This document shows, in pieces, positions 1-14,187 of a stretch of 64,000 bases of DNA. A program made the translations under genes and the position numbers. The notes under the pieces were generated by a model, which worked only from the letters and a program-made list of their open reading frames with translations, was not told the origin of the DNA and did no database searches. How positions within the stretch are numbered: the stretch's first letter is position 1; each line of letters starts with the position of its first letter. The stretch comes from the human T2T-CHM13v2.0 reference genome, Homo sapiens: the NCBI RefSeq assembly GCF_009914755.1, contig NC_060928.1; one strand, written 5' to 3'.

Positions 1-1669
1 AAGTATGCTCTTAATCTGAGAAAGGGTGGATTAATAAATAAAATATATTAAATTTGACCATTTACCACTTAGGTCTTGGAAAATTTTCATATTTACTGTT
101 GTCTTGATCCACTGCATAGGGTACTACTGAAACAAAATCTGTTACACAGCCCTTCAAGGTATGTCTAACTTGTGTCTTAGACCCAGAACAAACTTAGAAT
201 TTATTGCTATGCATTGAAAATTAGAGCCAACTGAGTTGTATCTAGTTGTATATAAGCTCTTACTCTTGCTATTTTGTAAAGGAAATTAGCTACAAGGATG
301 CTGAATTGAAAATGCTATCCTGATTATTCATCCTTTGGGCCTTAAGACTTTTTGATTTTCCAAGGCCACTGAAAGCTAAAGATTATAAATGCTTGATAGC
401 ACACACACATAAAAACATTGCTGTTGTATCTATTAATCAACTGATTTTTTTTAAAGGCCGCATAGGAGACTGCAACTTAGTGTACAAAGAACAGAAGTTA
501 TTGTTGGGTTTTGTGTTGCTTTGAACACTCAATTCTTGATGACAATACTCTCTTGGAAATGAGGTCAGTTCAAATGGTTAATTTTTATAAAAATTCGATA
601 TGAGAATCTGGAACTTTTAATAAACTTCAAATAAATTGTAATCATTTCTAAGCCTGCTGGGGAGTCGCTATTTTGATGATGTTCAGGTCATGACATATTT
701 CTAAAGTCAAAGTTGATGGTAAATGATTATGGAGCTGATTTGCCCGTCTGTTTTGCCTCCAGCATTTCTCTGTGTATTACAGAAGCCAATTCAGAGGTTT
801 CAAGTATCATATTTTGGGGACCCTTTTTATTCTGACTCCTGAAAAAATATGATGGGAATGGCTGTTTTCCTTCAAATCTTAAAACTTACAGAAATCTCAT
901 TTCTGAAGTTTATGAGAAATGGCCAGATGATTATTGAAAACCCCCTCAAAAGTCAACATCAGGCACTTAAAAATTAGCAATATTTCCTATTTCCTAAGAT
1001 CAGAATAAATATAGAAAAAATTAACAATGGGCAACACAGGATGCTAGCCAATCAGGTCAGAGTCCCTAGGAACCAATCACAGCTAGCTCTAGCCCTAAAC
1101 AAGCAAGAGAATTTTCCTGAAACATACCAGCTAACTATCAGGCCTATTTAGGATTCTGGCAAATGTGTCTACAAATACTCATCCTTCTATGTGACTTTGA
1201 GAAAGTCATTACATTCTTTGAACCACTGTTTTGTTTTCTTTCTGTGTCCTGTATCCATGGGATTGTTGTGTGATTAAAATATAAATAGATAATTTAACAA
1301 GACAATATCTATCAAACCCTGAACACATAACCATGCATGGATTGCGTAAATATATTTGTAAATTTGTACATTAGAAGTTTCTCAAGTGCTTTCTCATTTG
1401 ATGTGGAGATTTTTATTGCAAAAAGAATACTTGAATTTACTAAGAATAAGAGACTATAAACACATCTGAATGTTATGAAGATATTGATTATTTTCTCCTT
1501 TGAATAATTTTCCCAGATGCTGCTTTGCTTAAGAAGAGCCAGAAATTATAAGATGTCTTGACAAATAAAAATTAAAGCTGGAGTTCCATTACTATTCTGT
1601 TGTGTTTGATTGACTTAAGGAATAAATATTTTGAAAACATTTAATAATGATAGCAATAACAACAATAGT

Positions 1670-1900
1670 ATTAGTAAATACCTATATAGTTATTATAATG
1701 TTTCAGGCACTATTTTACGTGATTTTCATACATTCCACTCTTGTTTAATCTTGACTATAAAATAGTCATCCTAATTTTATTGATAAGGAAACTGAGGAAC
1801 AAAGATTAAGGCATTGTGACCAAGATCCTAACTCCCAATAGGTGCTAGAACTAAGTCTTGAACCCAGTTAGTCTGATTCCAGAGTCTATGTGCCTGACAA
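1670..1900 (-). mobile_element. MIR SINE
   Basis: Reverse MIR core: attttattgataaggaaactgagg...cttgaacccagttagtctgattccagag. Confidence 0.75.
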
Positions 1901-3559
1901 CTTCACCGTTTTTCCCATAAGTATTTCCACTTGCCAGAAACTTTGAAAATATTTTTCATTTATCTTATAGCACTGATGCTCAGATAGAATCCCATATCAC
2001 AATTTTGTGAGTGGGTGCAATAAGACAGACGTTTAATGATTTATACTAAGAAGGATAGATATGGCACTTTTAACTAAGATGCTGAATCCTGTGTTTTATG
2101 TAGCAGTTTTCAGTATTACATTGAACTTTTTAAAAAACTTTTAACTGTCACATTTTGGATAATTTTTAAACTGGTGAAAGTATTCCATTTCCTTTGCTCC
2201 AGTTAATTTGTCAGGCTGAGGCCATAAATGTAACCCGAAATCAACTCAACTAGTTATAACAGCAGAAGCAATGTACAAGCAACAGAATGAACCATGGTTC
2301 TGACCGCAGGTTCTGATTTATAGTCACTGAAATAGAATTGCACTATTTGAGATTGCCAGTTTTCATTTGTGTGGCATCTGGATATTCCTGTATAATATCT
2401 AAGTCAAACAATGGCTAATAAAAGATAATGATAACTGAGAACTCCAAATGGAAGGTATAAATTGTCAAGAATGGTAGGGAAAAAAATAAAACACACTGAG
2501 TCCACAGTTTTCCACTTTCAGGGTAAAACGTGTTTCCCCATAAAGAGAAATGAGCATGAGGTTGTAACTATAAAGGGCTGTGATTGATTTCCTGGGTGAC
2601 TAGCAGCAATCAGTCTCTTCCTTTTGAATCACATCTCATATGTCACACTTCAAAGAGCTACTTAATGCCAGCTGATGTCTGCACCCAGAAAGAATAAATA
2701 ATGAATTCATGGATTGCCTTTCTTTCTACACTTCATTTAAGAAAGCTAATTGTTTAGAGAATAGACGTTCCTTGGCTCATTGGCTTGATAATACAGGAAA
2801 CTCTATTGGAATTTCACTCTAAGAAGCCAAACTCAACCTAAATGAACAATCCTTCCTCAGCTCGCACTTGTGATAAAAGCAGATAATCTTACTGGTTATT
2901 AAAATGTAAACAGATAATGAATGAATTCACTAACTATTCTTCCCTGCTGGGGCATTTAGCCTTTGGGTAGCCTTGAGCTCTAAACTATATAGAAAGTAAA
3001 TCCTCATTAAGTTGAAGCAAAAGGAGATCACAAATAAAACATTTGTTCACCACAATCTATCTTCTAACTCAAAGGAACCCAACCCTAATAATGACTCCAT
3101 ATCACTTATGAGGAATGTCACTGATATTTTATGATTTTACTTTCTTTAATTGATAAGCACGGACTCAAGGTAGTCCTGCAGTAACATCAATATCTTGCAT
3201 TTGCCTCCTGAAATGCAAATTCAGAGTAGGAGAGAAAGGGTTGAAGTTACAGCTTCTATACCCAGAATTGATTATAATCCTAGGTATATCCAAGGGAATA
3301 TGTTTTATTTGTGAATATCATTAGTCGTGTCTTTTTAGAAATAAAATAGTTTGAGAATCACTGATTTAGTTGATTAATATTTTAAGTCTGAGTTAAAGAA
3401 TCTATCAATTCTCATGGTCAAAAGTATATATATAACAAAAAATAACAGACATATTCCCAATCCTCATCCTCTGAGATTTATATTGTAAGGTAAGCAATGT
3501 TATCACAAACTAATAATAATGCATTCATGTATAATAAAATATAATGATAAGATAGTGCT

Positions 3560-3790
3560 ATTAATAATAACTATAATTTCTAGAGCACGTGCTATATAAC
3601 AGATGCTGCATTTGGTTCCCTGCATTCATGATCTCTCTTGGGTCTCCCAACAACCCATGAGGATAATGTTATTACCCTCATTTTAGAGGAGAAATATGAG
3701 GCTCAGAAAAGTCAAATAACTTACCTCAGTAGCCAATAAATAGTGATAGCAGGATTTAAACCCAGGACTTACTCTAAATTGTAAATGTAT
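3560..3790 (-). mobile_element. MIR SINE
   Basis: caacccatgaggataatgttattaccctcattttagaggag...gaggctcagaaaagtcaaataactt...ggatttaaacccagg. Confidence 0.75.
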
Positions 3791-3916
3791 GTTTTTCTCA
3801 TATACCATTAAAATATGTCAATACCAACTACAAATCAAATTTATGTCTGATTTTTAGATAAGGGCAAAGATGAGTGACACTTAGGCAGAGAAACTGGAAA
3901 GGATTGAGTAGGGTGG

Positions 3917-4750
3917 TGTGGCAGTTAGAATGTTCTTATGATTCCCAATGACTCATGCCCTTGCCTCATTCCCTCCCCTTGAGTGTGGGTGGGAACTGTG
4001 AAAATGATAGCGTATTTCACTTCATATGGCAAAGGTGAAGGGACTTTTCAGATATAATTAAGCTCTCTAATCAGTTAACTTCGGGTTAATCAAAAGAAGA
4101 TTCTCTTGGGTTTTGAAGGTGAGCCCTTCAATAAAAAACATAGTCATGACTTCTTTAAGCACTGTTACAGAACAAAACTCTTCTAACTCTTGTTAAGATG
4201 GTAAGGAATACCTCATTCAGAAAGACTGTTGTAACAGGAGAGAGAGCTTGAGTGTAACTCTTGAGTACAAAAAAGGCAACTGGAGATTTATGCCAATGAG
4301 CAAAGGGAGTGAGTCAGTGGGTAGAAAATTACTAAGAGAAGACATCAAGAATAGGTGAATTCTTGCTAACTGTCCTAAGGGTATTTTTGCTAAAGGCAGG
4401 TCAAAGATTGAGACATCAAAGATGAGGAATGAAGAACTTAATCAGATACCAAGGGTAGAGGATTCTCCCTAAACTGACCTCGTAAGATTCTTGCTAAAAC
4501 TGGACTCAGCAATGACAAACACAGAAGCCAAAGGTCAAGGCATAGTGGAGAACAGAGCTCAAAGGAGCTTGAGCAAAGTTTGGTCAAGAAGATAGTTGTT
4601 TTCAGCACAGAAATGCTCTCTTGTGGACCTTGCAGGAGTGAGCTGCCAGGTTGTGAGAGGGAATATCGAAGGAGCTGCTAGAAAAGACCTCAGGTGTCTC
4701 TAAGAGTAGAGAGTGGTCTTTGACCTACAGCCAGCAAGACACCAAAACTT
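3917..4750 (+). mobile_element. MLT1-family MaLR LTR, split by a younger ERV1 LTR
   Basis: MLT1-like text (ccccttgagtgtgggtggg...atatggcaaagg...gatataattaag) at 3917-4160 resumes at 4609-4750 (gagctgccaggttgtgagaggg...acagccagcaag). Confidence 0.6.
4163..4604. mobile_element. ERV1-class solo LTR (MER67/MER31-like)
   Basis: TG...CA termini with 4-bp TSD GCAC (4159-4162 and 4605-4608). Confidence 0.65.
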
Positions 4751-5193
4751 ACTGATGTGTTTCTAAATCATTCAGAAAGATTTTCTAGAGAAAGAGGAAT
4801 TCAGAAATCAATACTACATGATGTTCTGAGATATGGTAAATAGAGGCAATTTATAAATTGGCATTTGGAGAATGCTACCTGGTAAGTGACATTCAACATA
4901 GTATCTAAATGCTAAAATTTTAAAATAGCATTAACAAAAGAAAGGAAAAAAAGTGAGTTTAATTATCTAGTTAAAAATAGTAACTATTAATAGTATATAC
5001 AAAAATATAATATCCCTCCTTGAAAACCTGAGTATAGAGTGAATATATGAAAAAGTTGGTTTAAAATACAAGTCTATCTATATTCAATATTTTGTTGCCT
5101 TTATTTTATTTGACATGACAAATGTACAGACACCTTGATGAGACTTTCATATAGAAAATAACACCTCATTTTGAGCAAAAATTTACATCTTAC

Positions 5194-5436
5194 ACCTGAG
5201 GCCAGGAGTTTGAGACCAGCCTGGGCAACACAGTGAGACCACATCTCTACAAAACATTTTTTTTTTTAATTAACCAGGTATGGTAGCACGTGGCTGTAGA
5301 TGAGCTACTTGGGAGGCTGAGGTAGGAGGATCCCTTGAGCTCAGGAGTTCAAGGTTGCAATGAGCTAAGACTGCACCACTGCACTCCAGCCTAGGTGACA
5401 GAGAGAGGCACTGTCAAAAATAAATAAGTAAATAAA
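5194..5436 (+). mobile_element. 5'-truncated AluJ
   Basis: gaggccaggagtttgagaccagcctgggcaac...ggaggatcccttgagctcaggagttcaaggttgca...ccactgcactccagcct + A-rich tail. Confidence 0.9.
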
Positions 5437-6474
5437 TCTTAAAAGGTTATTTCACTCTTAGACTGAAATGCAAAAATAACACTTCTTGCTTGTCTCGTGT
5501 ATTTCTGAAGCTTCATAATCTCTGATTTCCAGAGGCTTGAAAAAAGGTGCCCTGAGCAACATAAAAATTTAGGATTATCACAGACTGTGACATGTGCACT
5601 GATATTAAATTGCAGGGACAAACAGGATACCGCACACAAGCCAGGGTCATGGAAAATATGTGTCAAGAGGATTCATTAAATGAAGACATTGCATGATAAT
5701 GCTGCAACCATAAAATGAAATATTATGTAGCTGTTACCAGTTTTGTCTTCAAAATATTCAATGACTTTATAAAACATTACAATAGGTTAAATGGAAATGC
5801 ATGATCTTACTTTGAGGGCTCTTTGTTAACAAAAATACAGGACAATTTTAATTTTGCTCTATGAAAAAATATAGTAACATGTTAGCAGCAATTAGCTGTG
5901 GATAGTAGTTGTGTAATCTTAACGTTAATATATTATTTGTACTTATGTATTTATGTATTTTTACTGTTCAGTAGTATGCAAATTTTAAATGAATTTTATT
6001 ACTTTTGGAATCAGAAAACAATAAAGCTGGGGAAATTGAGCTTTATTGGCAAAGCACTAAAATTTAAAATGACCTAGGTGATCTATATAAAATGAACAAA
6101 ATTCAATCATTGAGTCATTTCCAGCTTCCAGATGCCCTAATTCTAAGTTCACATACGGACATGTGCAAAGAGAAGAACTTTCTTTGGCATTTAGCCCATG
6201 TCTATAGTTCACAATGTATCATAAATGAAACATTACTCAGTTTCCTTAGCTATAAAAAGTGGTAGCCAAATCAGATGGGCTTTATACTCTTTTCTAGCTA
6301 TAATGTTCTATAATTTCATATTCTGTGATTCACTGGTATGGAGTTCTTGCAGATTTTCAGGTTTTGACAGTGTTTAGAAATTTCATTTTGTTTAAAAAAG
6401 TGCAAGCTAATAACATGCAGTCTTAGAATCTATTATATAATGAAGAAGCTGGAAAGAAAGCAGAGAGACAGTCC

Positions 6475-6722
6475 AGCATGGCATTTTGGAGACCATGGGC
6501 ACTGGGGCCAGATCACCTCCAGTTGAATCATGTCACTGCCAATTATTAGGTGTGTGACTTAGGGCAAGTTACTTAACTTCTCTTTGCTTCAATTTTATCA
6601 TCGAGGGATAATAATACCAAATGCTGAACTCATTGGTTTGGTGTGAAGATTAAGTTAATTAATACATGTAAAGCACTTAGAACAATGTCTGCCATATGTT
6701 CAATAAATATTAGCTATTCTTA
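6475..6722 (+). mobile_element. Near full-length MIR
   Basis: tgtgtgacttagggcaagttacttaacttctct...gtaaagcacttagaacaatgtctg...caataaatattagctatt. Confidence 0.85.
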
Positions 6723-7064
6723 TTTTCCTCACCTGCTTAAGTAGAAAGAATAAAAAGCGTACAATGAAAAACTCAGCCCATGGGGATTAAAGCAATTTAT
6801 TCTGCATTAGAAAAGGCCAGGCAGGGCCATCTAAAATTTCTCAGTCATAGCAACCTTATTAACTTGCATGATTGCCTCCCATCTAAAACCTGATATTTTA
6901 CTTTTAGAAAAATGTAGAGGAATGATTATGTAGGCACATTGCTAAAGATACTAAAAATAACTCTGAGATGCTAGCTGGCAACAAAAAGATTCTGCACACA
7001 ACTTGGTTTGCCAATTCCATTCTTTACCTTTCTTTCAAGGACACATTCAAATGACATTTTCTCT

Positions 7065-8926
<1,862 letters not shown>

Positions 8927-9167
8927 AAATGACATTTTCTCTGTGAATTTTCTGTTCATCAACAATAAAGTGGTCCCCATTCTGCCTCAAGTCATCTTTT
9001 GTTTTAGCACACATGACATTTTTTGTAGAATCTCACTTCTCAGAAAATGTAAATGCTGTATATTCTCCAAAAAATATATTAGCAATTTATTTAATAAACA
9101 TATAGTGCTGACTGTGTCCTAAGCTCTCTGTTCTAAGCACTATGCAAATATTATCCCATTTAATCCT

Positions 9168-9650
9168 TGTGGGAGATTGCAAAATACAGACATAATTTTC
9201 CCCTCTGTGTTTGCACATCTTTTACTAATGTTATTTTACCATGCCTCCCAAGTGTATCTCTCCATCTCCTTGAATGTATGTTTCCTTGTGATTTGCTTTG
9301 ACAATACAATGCAGCAGAAGTGACATCTTGCGAGTTGAGAGTTGAAGCTTCAAGAAGTCTTGCAGCTTCAGCTCTCCCTCTCCTGCTCTCCTGAGATTGT
9401 CATGTGAGGAGGCCTCCCCTAGCATCCTTGAAGATAGGAGACCATATGGAGAGGCAAGTCAGCCAACAACCAGCACCATATATCAGATATTAATATGTGA
9501 GTTAAATTTCTAGATTATATATCCCCAGAGAAATAGACGTAGGACTGTAGCTGTATGACAGACCCAAGTTAGAGCAACAAAGAGAAAAGTCATCCAGCTC
9601 ATTGCAGTCACTAAGTTTGGGAGGTTTATTTTGTAGCAAAGGCTAACAAC
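9168..9650 (+). mobile_element. Old MLT1-type LTR nested in a MIR
   Basis: MLT1-like motifs (gtgatttgctttgacaatacaatgcagcagaagtgac...cactaagtttgggagg...gtagcaaaggctaac) flanked by MIR pieces. Confidence 0.55.
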
Positions 9651-10286
9651 CATACACACTTCATAATATTAATATGAACTAGATATAACATCATTTTATT
9701 TTTACAAATGAAAAAGCCCAAAATTATACCAGTGTTAAGAAGATAGAGCTTAATGTATGTCATCTTTCCTATATACATTGCCCAATGCACAGGCACCAAG
9801 TTCTATTAATACTTCAAGGTGCAACAGTTAGAATGTCTTGCACATAGTAAAAGCTCAAATAAATTCTTGAGGGTACATCATTTAACTCTGGCTTAATTTA
9901 TTGTTCTCTTTCTTTTGAAAATGAGGTCATTCATGTTTCTTATATTTCTTCATTGCAGATTCCATATGCCACAAAATATGACGGCCTCCATAGCCATCGG
10001 GAGTAGTGACAATAAAGAATTGAAACCTAGAGAGAAATGAATATCTCTTCTTGCTGTTTACTTCATGTTTTGATTCAGTATCTAGGGACTTTGGTGACAG
10101 CCACCTTAAAATGTGACAGCTTGTAAAAGGAATAGATAGGTTGGTAAAGGCATATAGACAGAACGATAAGCCATAGATTCAGTGATAACAAGTTTTTGGC
10201 ATAAATATGTGGCAGGAACAGGAAGGTTATATAATAGGTAACCGCTCTGTAAAATCACAGGTTTGACCTCCACAGAGAAAAGTTAC

Positions 10287-11380
10287 GAGTTCTTCATTAC
10301 ATATATATGTGTAATGTGTGTGCATGTATATATATATATGTAATGTATATATATATAATAATGTACATATATATACGTTACGTAGGCACGTTGCTAAAGA
10401 TATTAAAAATAACTCTGAGATGCTAGCTGGCAACAGAAAGATTCTGCATATAACTTGGTTTGCCAATTCCATTCTTTACCTTTCTTTCAAAGCCACATTC
10501 AAATGACATTTTCTCTGTGAATTTTCTGTTCATCAACAATAAAGTGGTACCCATTCTGCCTCAGGTCGTCTTTTGTGTTAGCACACATGACACTTTACAT
10601 AGAATCTCACTTCCCAGAAAATGTAAATGCTGTATATTCTCCAAAAATGTATTAGCAATTTATTTATATATAATAAATAGCACATATGTAATAATGTACA
10701 TATATGTACATTACATATACCTACATTACATTTATATGTATATTACATATATATGTATGTATTTTTTATTTATTTATTCATTGAGCTCTTACTACGTGCA
10801 AGACACTCTAACTGGTGCCTCTTGAAGTATTAATAGAACTTGGTGCCTGTGCATTAGGCAATGTAGGTAAGAAAGATAACAAACGTTAAGCATTACATAT
10901 ATATGTAATATAACATATGTAATGAAGAATTCATTAAGTTATCAGTTCATACATATTTATAATGTGTACATATTACATACTAAAGTAGGCCCATAAAAGA
11001 CAAGCACTTTTTACCGAAGCCTATTATTGCTTTAATAGCACAGTTTTGGGCACAGAATATTAACAGTATATGGTGGAAGCATGGAGATAAATAATATAAA
11101 AGCTATTAACTATAATTTCATAATAGGAAAACAGAAAACTCAGAGAGTAAGTAGAGATCTCTCCCACCCATTTAAGAATTTTATATATACATGCATATAT
11201 ACACATTATGCATATACGTAATAACCCATTACATATATATGTAATGAAGAACTCATTATATATAATGAATGAGCATGTATGGTAGTTATAGAATAGCATA
11301 TACGGTAGCTATTGACTAGCATATATGATAGCTATTTTATATAACTAGCTTGAATAGCATATATGGCAACTATTTTATTT
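10287..11380. repeat. Mosaic of three locally templated inserts in TA-rich palindromic filler
   Basis: 10378-10666 matches 6926-7064+8943-9093; 10772-10891 matches the reverse complement of 9748-9864; 10982-11183 matches 12963-13164; 24-bp inverted repeat at 10287-10310 / 11231-11254. Confidence 0.92.
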
Positions 11381-13210
11381 AATTTCACAGAAGAAACTTT
11401 AGATTACATGTGAACCTCAAATGCTGGTAAGAGTCCAGACACTTTTGATTTATAATTAATTGAATAAATATCAGAAATGCTTAGCACATTAAATATCATT
11501 ACTCCTGATCTATTCAGATGCTAATGTCTTATTGAAATCCCCTGTCCATAGCCTTAGAAAAATAGGGCTTATGGGAAGTCATTAATGCCAGCCCCAGGAG
11601 GTTGAACTTTAAGAACCCGTGCAAACACCAGGAAGGCAAGATCTATTTAAGCAGAGAGGATGTACAGAATGGAGAACGGAAAATATAAATATAAATGTGC
11701 TATTCTTCCTTCCTCTCCCCTCTCCTCCCACAGCTGTATCTTTTGGGATGTTAGAAGCAATAAAGAGGTTCTTTCTCAGCAAAATGAGTTCACTGTCAAG
11801 CTTGAGATAAAAGTAAGAAGCAAACTGATAGTGTAACTATAAAAGTTTAAAATAATATTTCTAGTGTGAAAAGCCTTCACACTCCGGACAGGACCTGTGC
11901 TACTGTAGGTCAAACTTAATTTTAGTTGTTGCATGTTACATAAGGCATCTATGTATTAATATTCACTGCAGTTATGTTTATGGGTAAGAAACCCAGAAAC
12001 CGAAGGGTAGAAGCAAGAAGGTAACAACAGGAGATAACCAGACAATTTATTATAATGGAAGTTTGAAGCAACATGTCCAAGAACGTTGAGGATAATTTTT
12101 GTACTTTTTAATAACTTCTTTCCTGTCTTTATCTTTTTCTTCTGGTGAAGAAAGACCTTAATGGTGGGGATATTTAAATTATAAGATCTGGACTTAAAAG
12201 TGGAGTAGATTCTATACTGATACACTAAGTAAAAATAATTTATGTATTACTATATATTCAAGTGTAGGTATGAAATTATATGAATCTAGAATAATGCTGC
12301 TAATTCTACTAAAAGCCACTCCTCTCTTCCTACCTTGATGATAGTTTCAGTACTCAGAAGATGGAGGGATTTGTTTCAGATTTCAGAGATCTCACTTATT
12401 TATGCCTTCTCCATGGTGCTTAACTAATTCAATAAATAGCACTTAAATGGACATGAGAGTTAAATGTAGCTTTGTTACCTTAAAATGTGATAAAGATGTA
12501 GTTAAAGCCTAGATCCAAAGTGGAAGTATCTATACCTTTCCTTCTAAAAATGCCCCTAAATTAGACTCTGGGGTCTGTCTGGGAAAAGGCTGAGCTTGCA
12601 GAGCAAACTCTGAATGTATACATAGCCAGCTGAATGCACAGTTAAACCTCTTTCATGCTCCAAGTACAAGTTATGGAATACAAGAAGAGGAAAGTGACAA
12701 ACCAACACTGCTTTTTAAAGCAATTATTCACCTTAACATGTCTCATAGCACCAGTGGGGTGAAAGATTACTCTTCCTGTGAGAAGAAATGAATGTGGGGA
12801 GTTCAGAAAGAGGCTCCAAACACTTGATTACTGTTTCCTCTGGGGAAGTGGAATTGTAATTCCTAAGCAAATATGACGACAAGGCATGAAAAGTCCCACC
12901 TCTAAAAAACAGGTGATAAGAATTGCTACTTGCAACTCTAAGGTGACCGTAAGGCAAATGACAAAGTAGGCCCATAAAAGACAAGCACTTTTTACCCAAG
13001 TCTATTATTGCTTTAATAGCACACTTTTGGGCACAGAATATTGACAGTATATGGGGGAAGCATGGAGATAAATAATATAAAAACTATTAACTATAATTTC
13101 ATAATAGGAAAACAGGAAACTCAGAAAGTAAGTAGAGATCTCTCCCACCCATTTAAGAATTTTAAAAGAAAGTTTATTAATTTTGAAAATAACAAAAATT
13201 AGTAAACTAA

Positions 13211-13736
13211 TGTCAAAGTAAAAATTTTACCAAAGTTAAACAGGCAAGGAAGACTTTATTCATGGCTACTGCAATAGGGGAGAAAGGCCAGAACCCAGTC
13301 TGAATTCAACTCCCCTGAAACAAAAAGCTACAAAAAGTTTTAAAAGCAGGTGTTGGAGTAAGAAATCAGGGATTGAAGCCCATCTCTGTTTATTAATTGC
13401 CTTTATCCAACTACATGAGGTGGTTTTAGGACTTGGAGAAGGCTTCATCAGAAGTTAAGAACTAACCCTCCCACAGAAACTGGGCAATAGTCTATCTTCA
13501 TTGATTACATTTCAAAGAGATAGCTTCCAGGTCCTTGAGAAAGACATTTCTGGGTTGAAATATTGGCAAAGGGCTTTCCAAAAGATTTACATCTCAAAAG
13601 GGCAGAGAAAAGATTCACAAATACAAATTTTCTATAGTTAATGCTGCAGGAAAAGGGTGGTCAGGGCCTAGACTGAGGAAAAAGCCTTTCTAAAGTTTAA
13701 TAAAGCTGAGGGCAATGTTAAGGTTCATCTTGGCCA
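13211..13736. mobile_element. ERV1-class LTR (MER31-like)
   Basis: TG...CA; aagactttattcatggctactgcaatagggg...gattacatttcaaagagatagcttccaggtccttgagaaagac. Confidence 0.6.
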
Positions 13737-13906
13737 ATATCATACACAAAAATTATAGAAGAAGACATTTTTAAAAATCTGATTGAACAAATGCTAATAA
13801 TCTAAATTAAGCATAAAAACATGTTGGCTGAAGGGTAATCGTGACTGCTTGGTGAGCTTTTCTGATGAGCACAGGTGTACAGAGAACTTATGTGTAAAGA
13901 AGTTGA

Positions 13907-14187
13907 GGCCGGGTTCGGTGGCTCATGGCCGTAATCCCAACACTTTGGGAGGCCAAGGCAGGTGGATCATTTGAGGTGAAGAGTTTGAGACCAGCCTGGC
14001 CAGCACAGGGAAAACCTGTCTGTACTGAAAATACAAAAATTAGCTGGGAGTGGTGGCATGTGCCTGTGCTCCCAGGTACTCGGGAGGCTGAGGCATGGGA
14101 ATTGCTTGAACTTGGGAGGCGGAGGCTGCAGTGAGTTGAGATCTCCCCACTGCATCCAATGAGACTCCATTTCAAAAAAAAAAAAAA
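13907..14187 (+). mobile_element. AluS with small 3' deletion
   Basis: Dimeric Alu, poly(A), TSD aaagaagttga at 13896-13906 and 14188-14198. Confidence 0.95.

Noticed and set aside
10287-11380. CRISPR-like array (palindromic repeats separated by captured spacers)
   Set aside because: Primate DNA with no cas genes; the repeats are irregular low-complexity TA filler and the spacers are 120-290 bp copies of adjacent DNA. Better explained as a repair mosaic.
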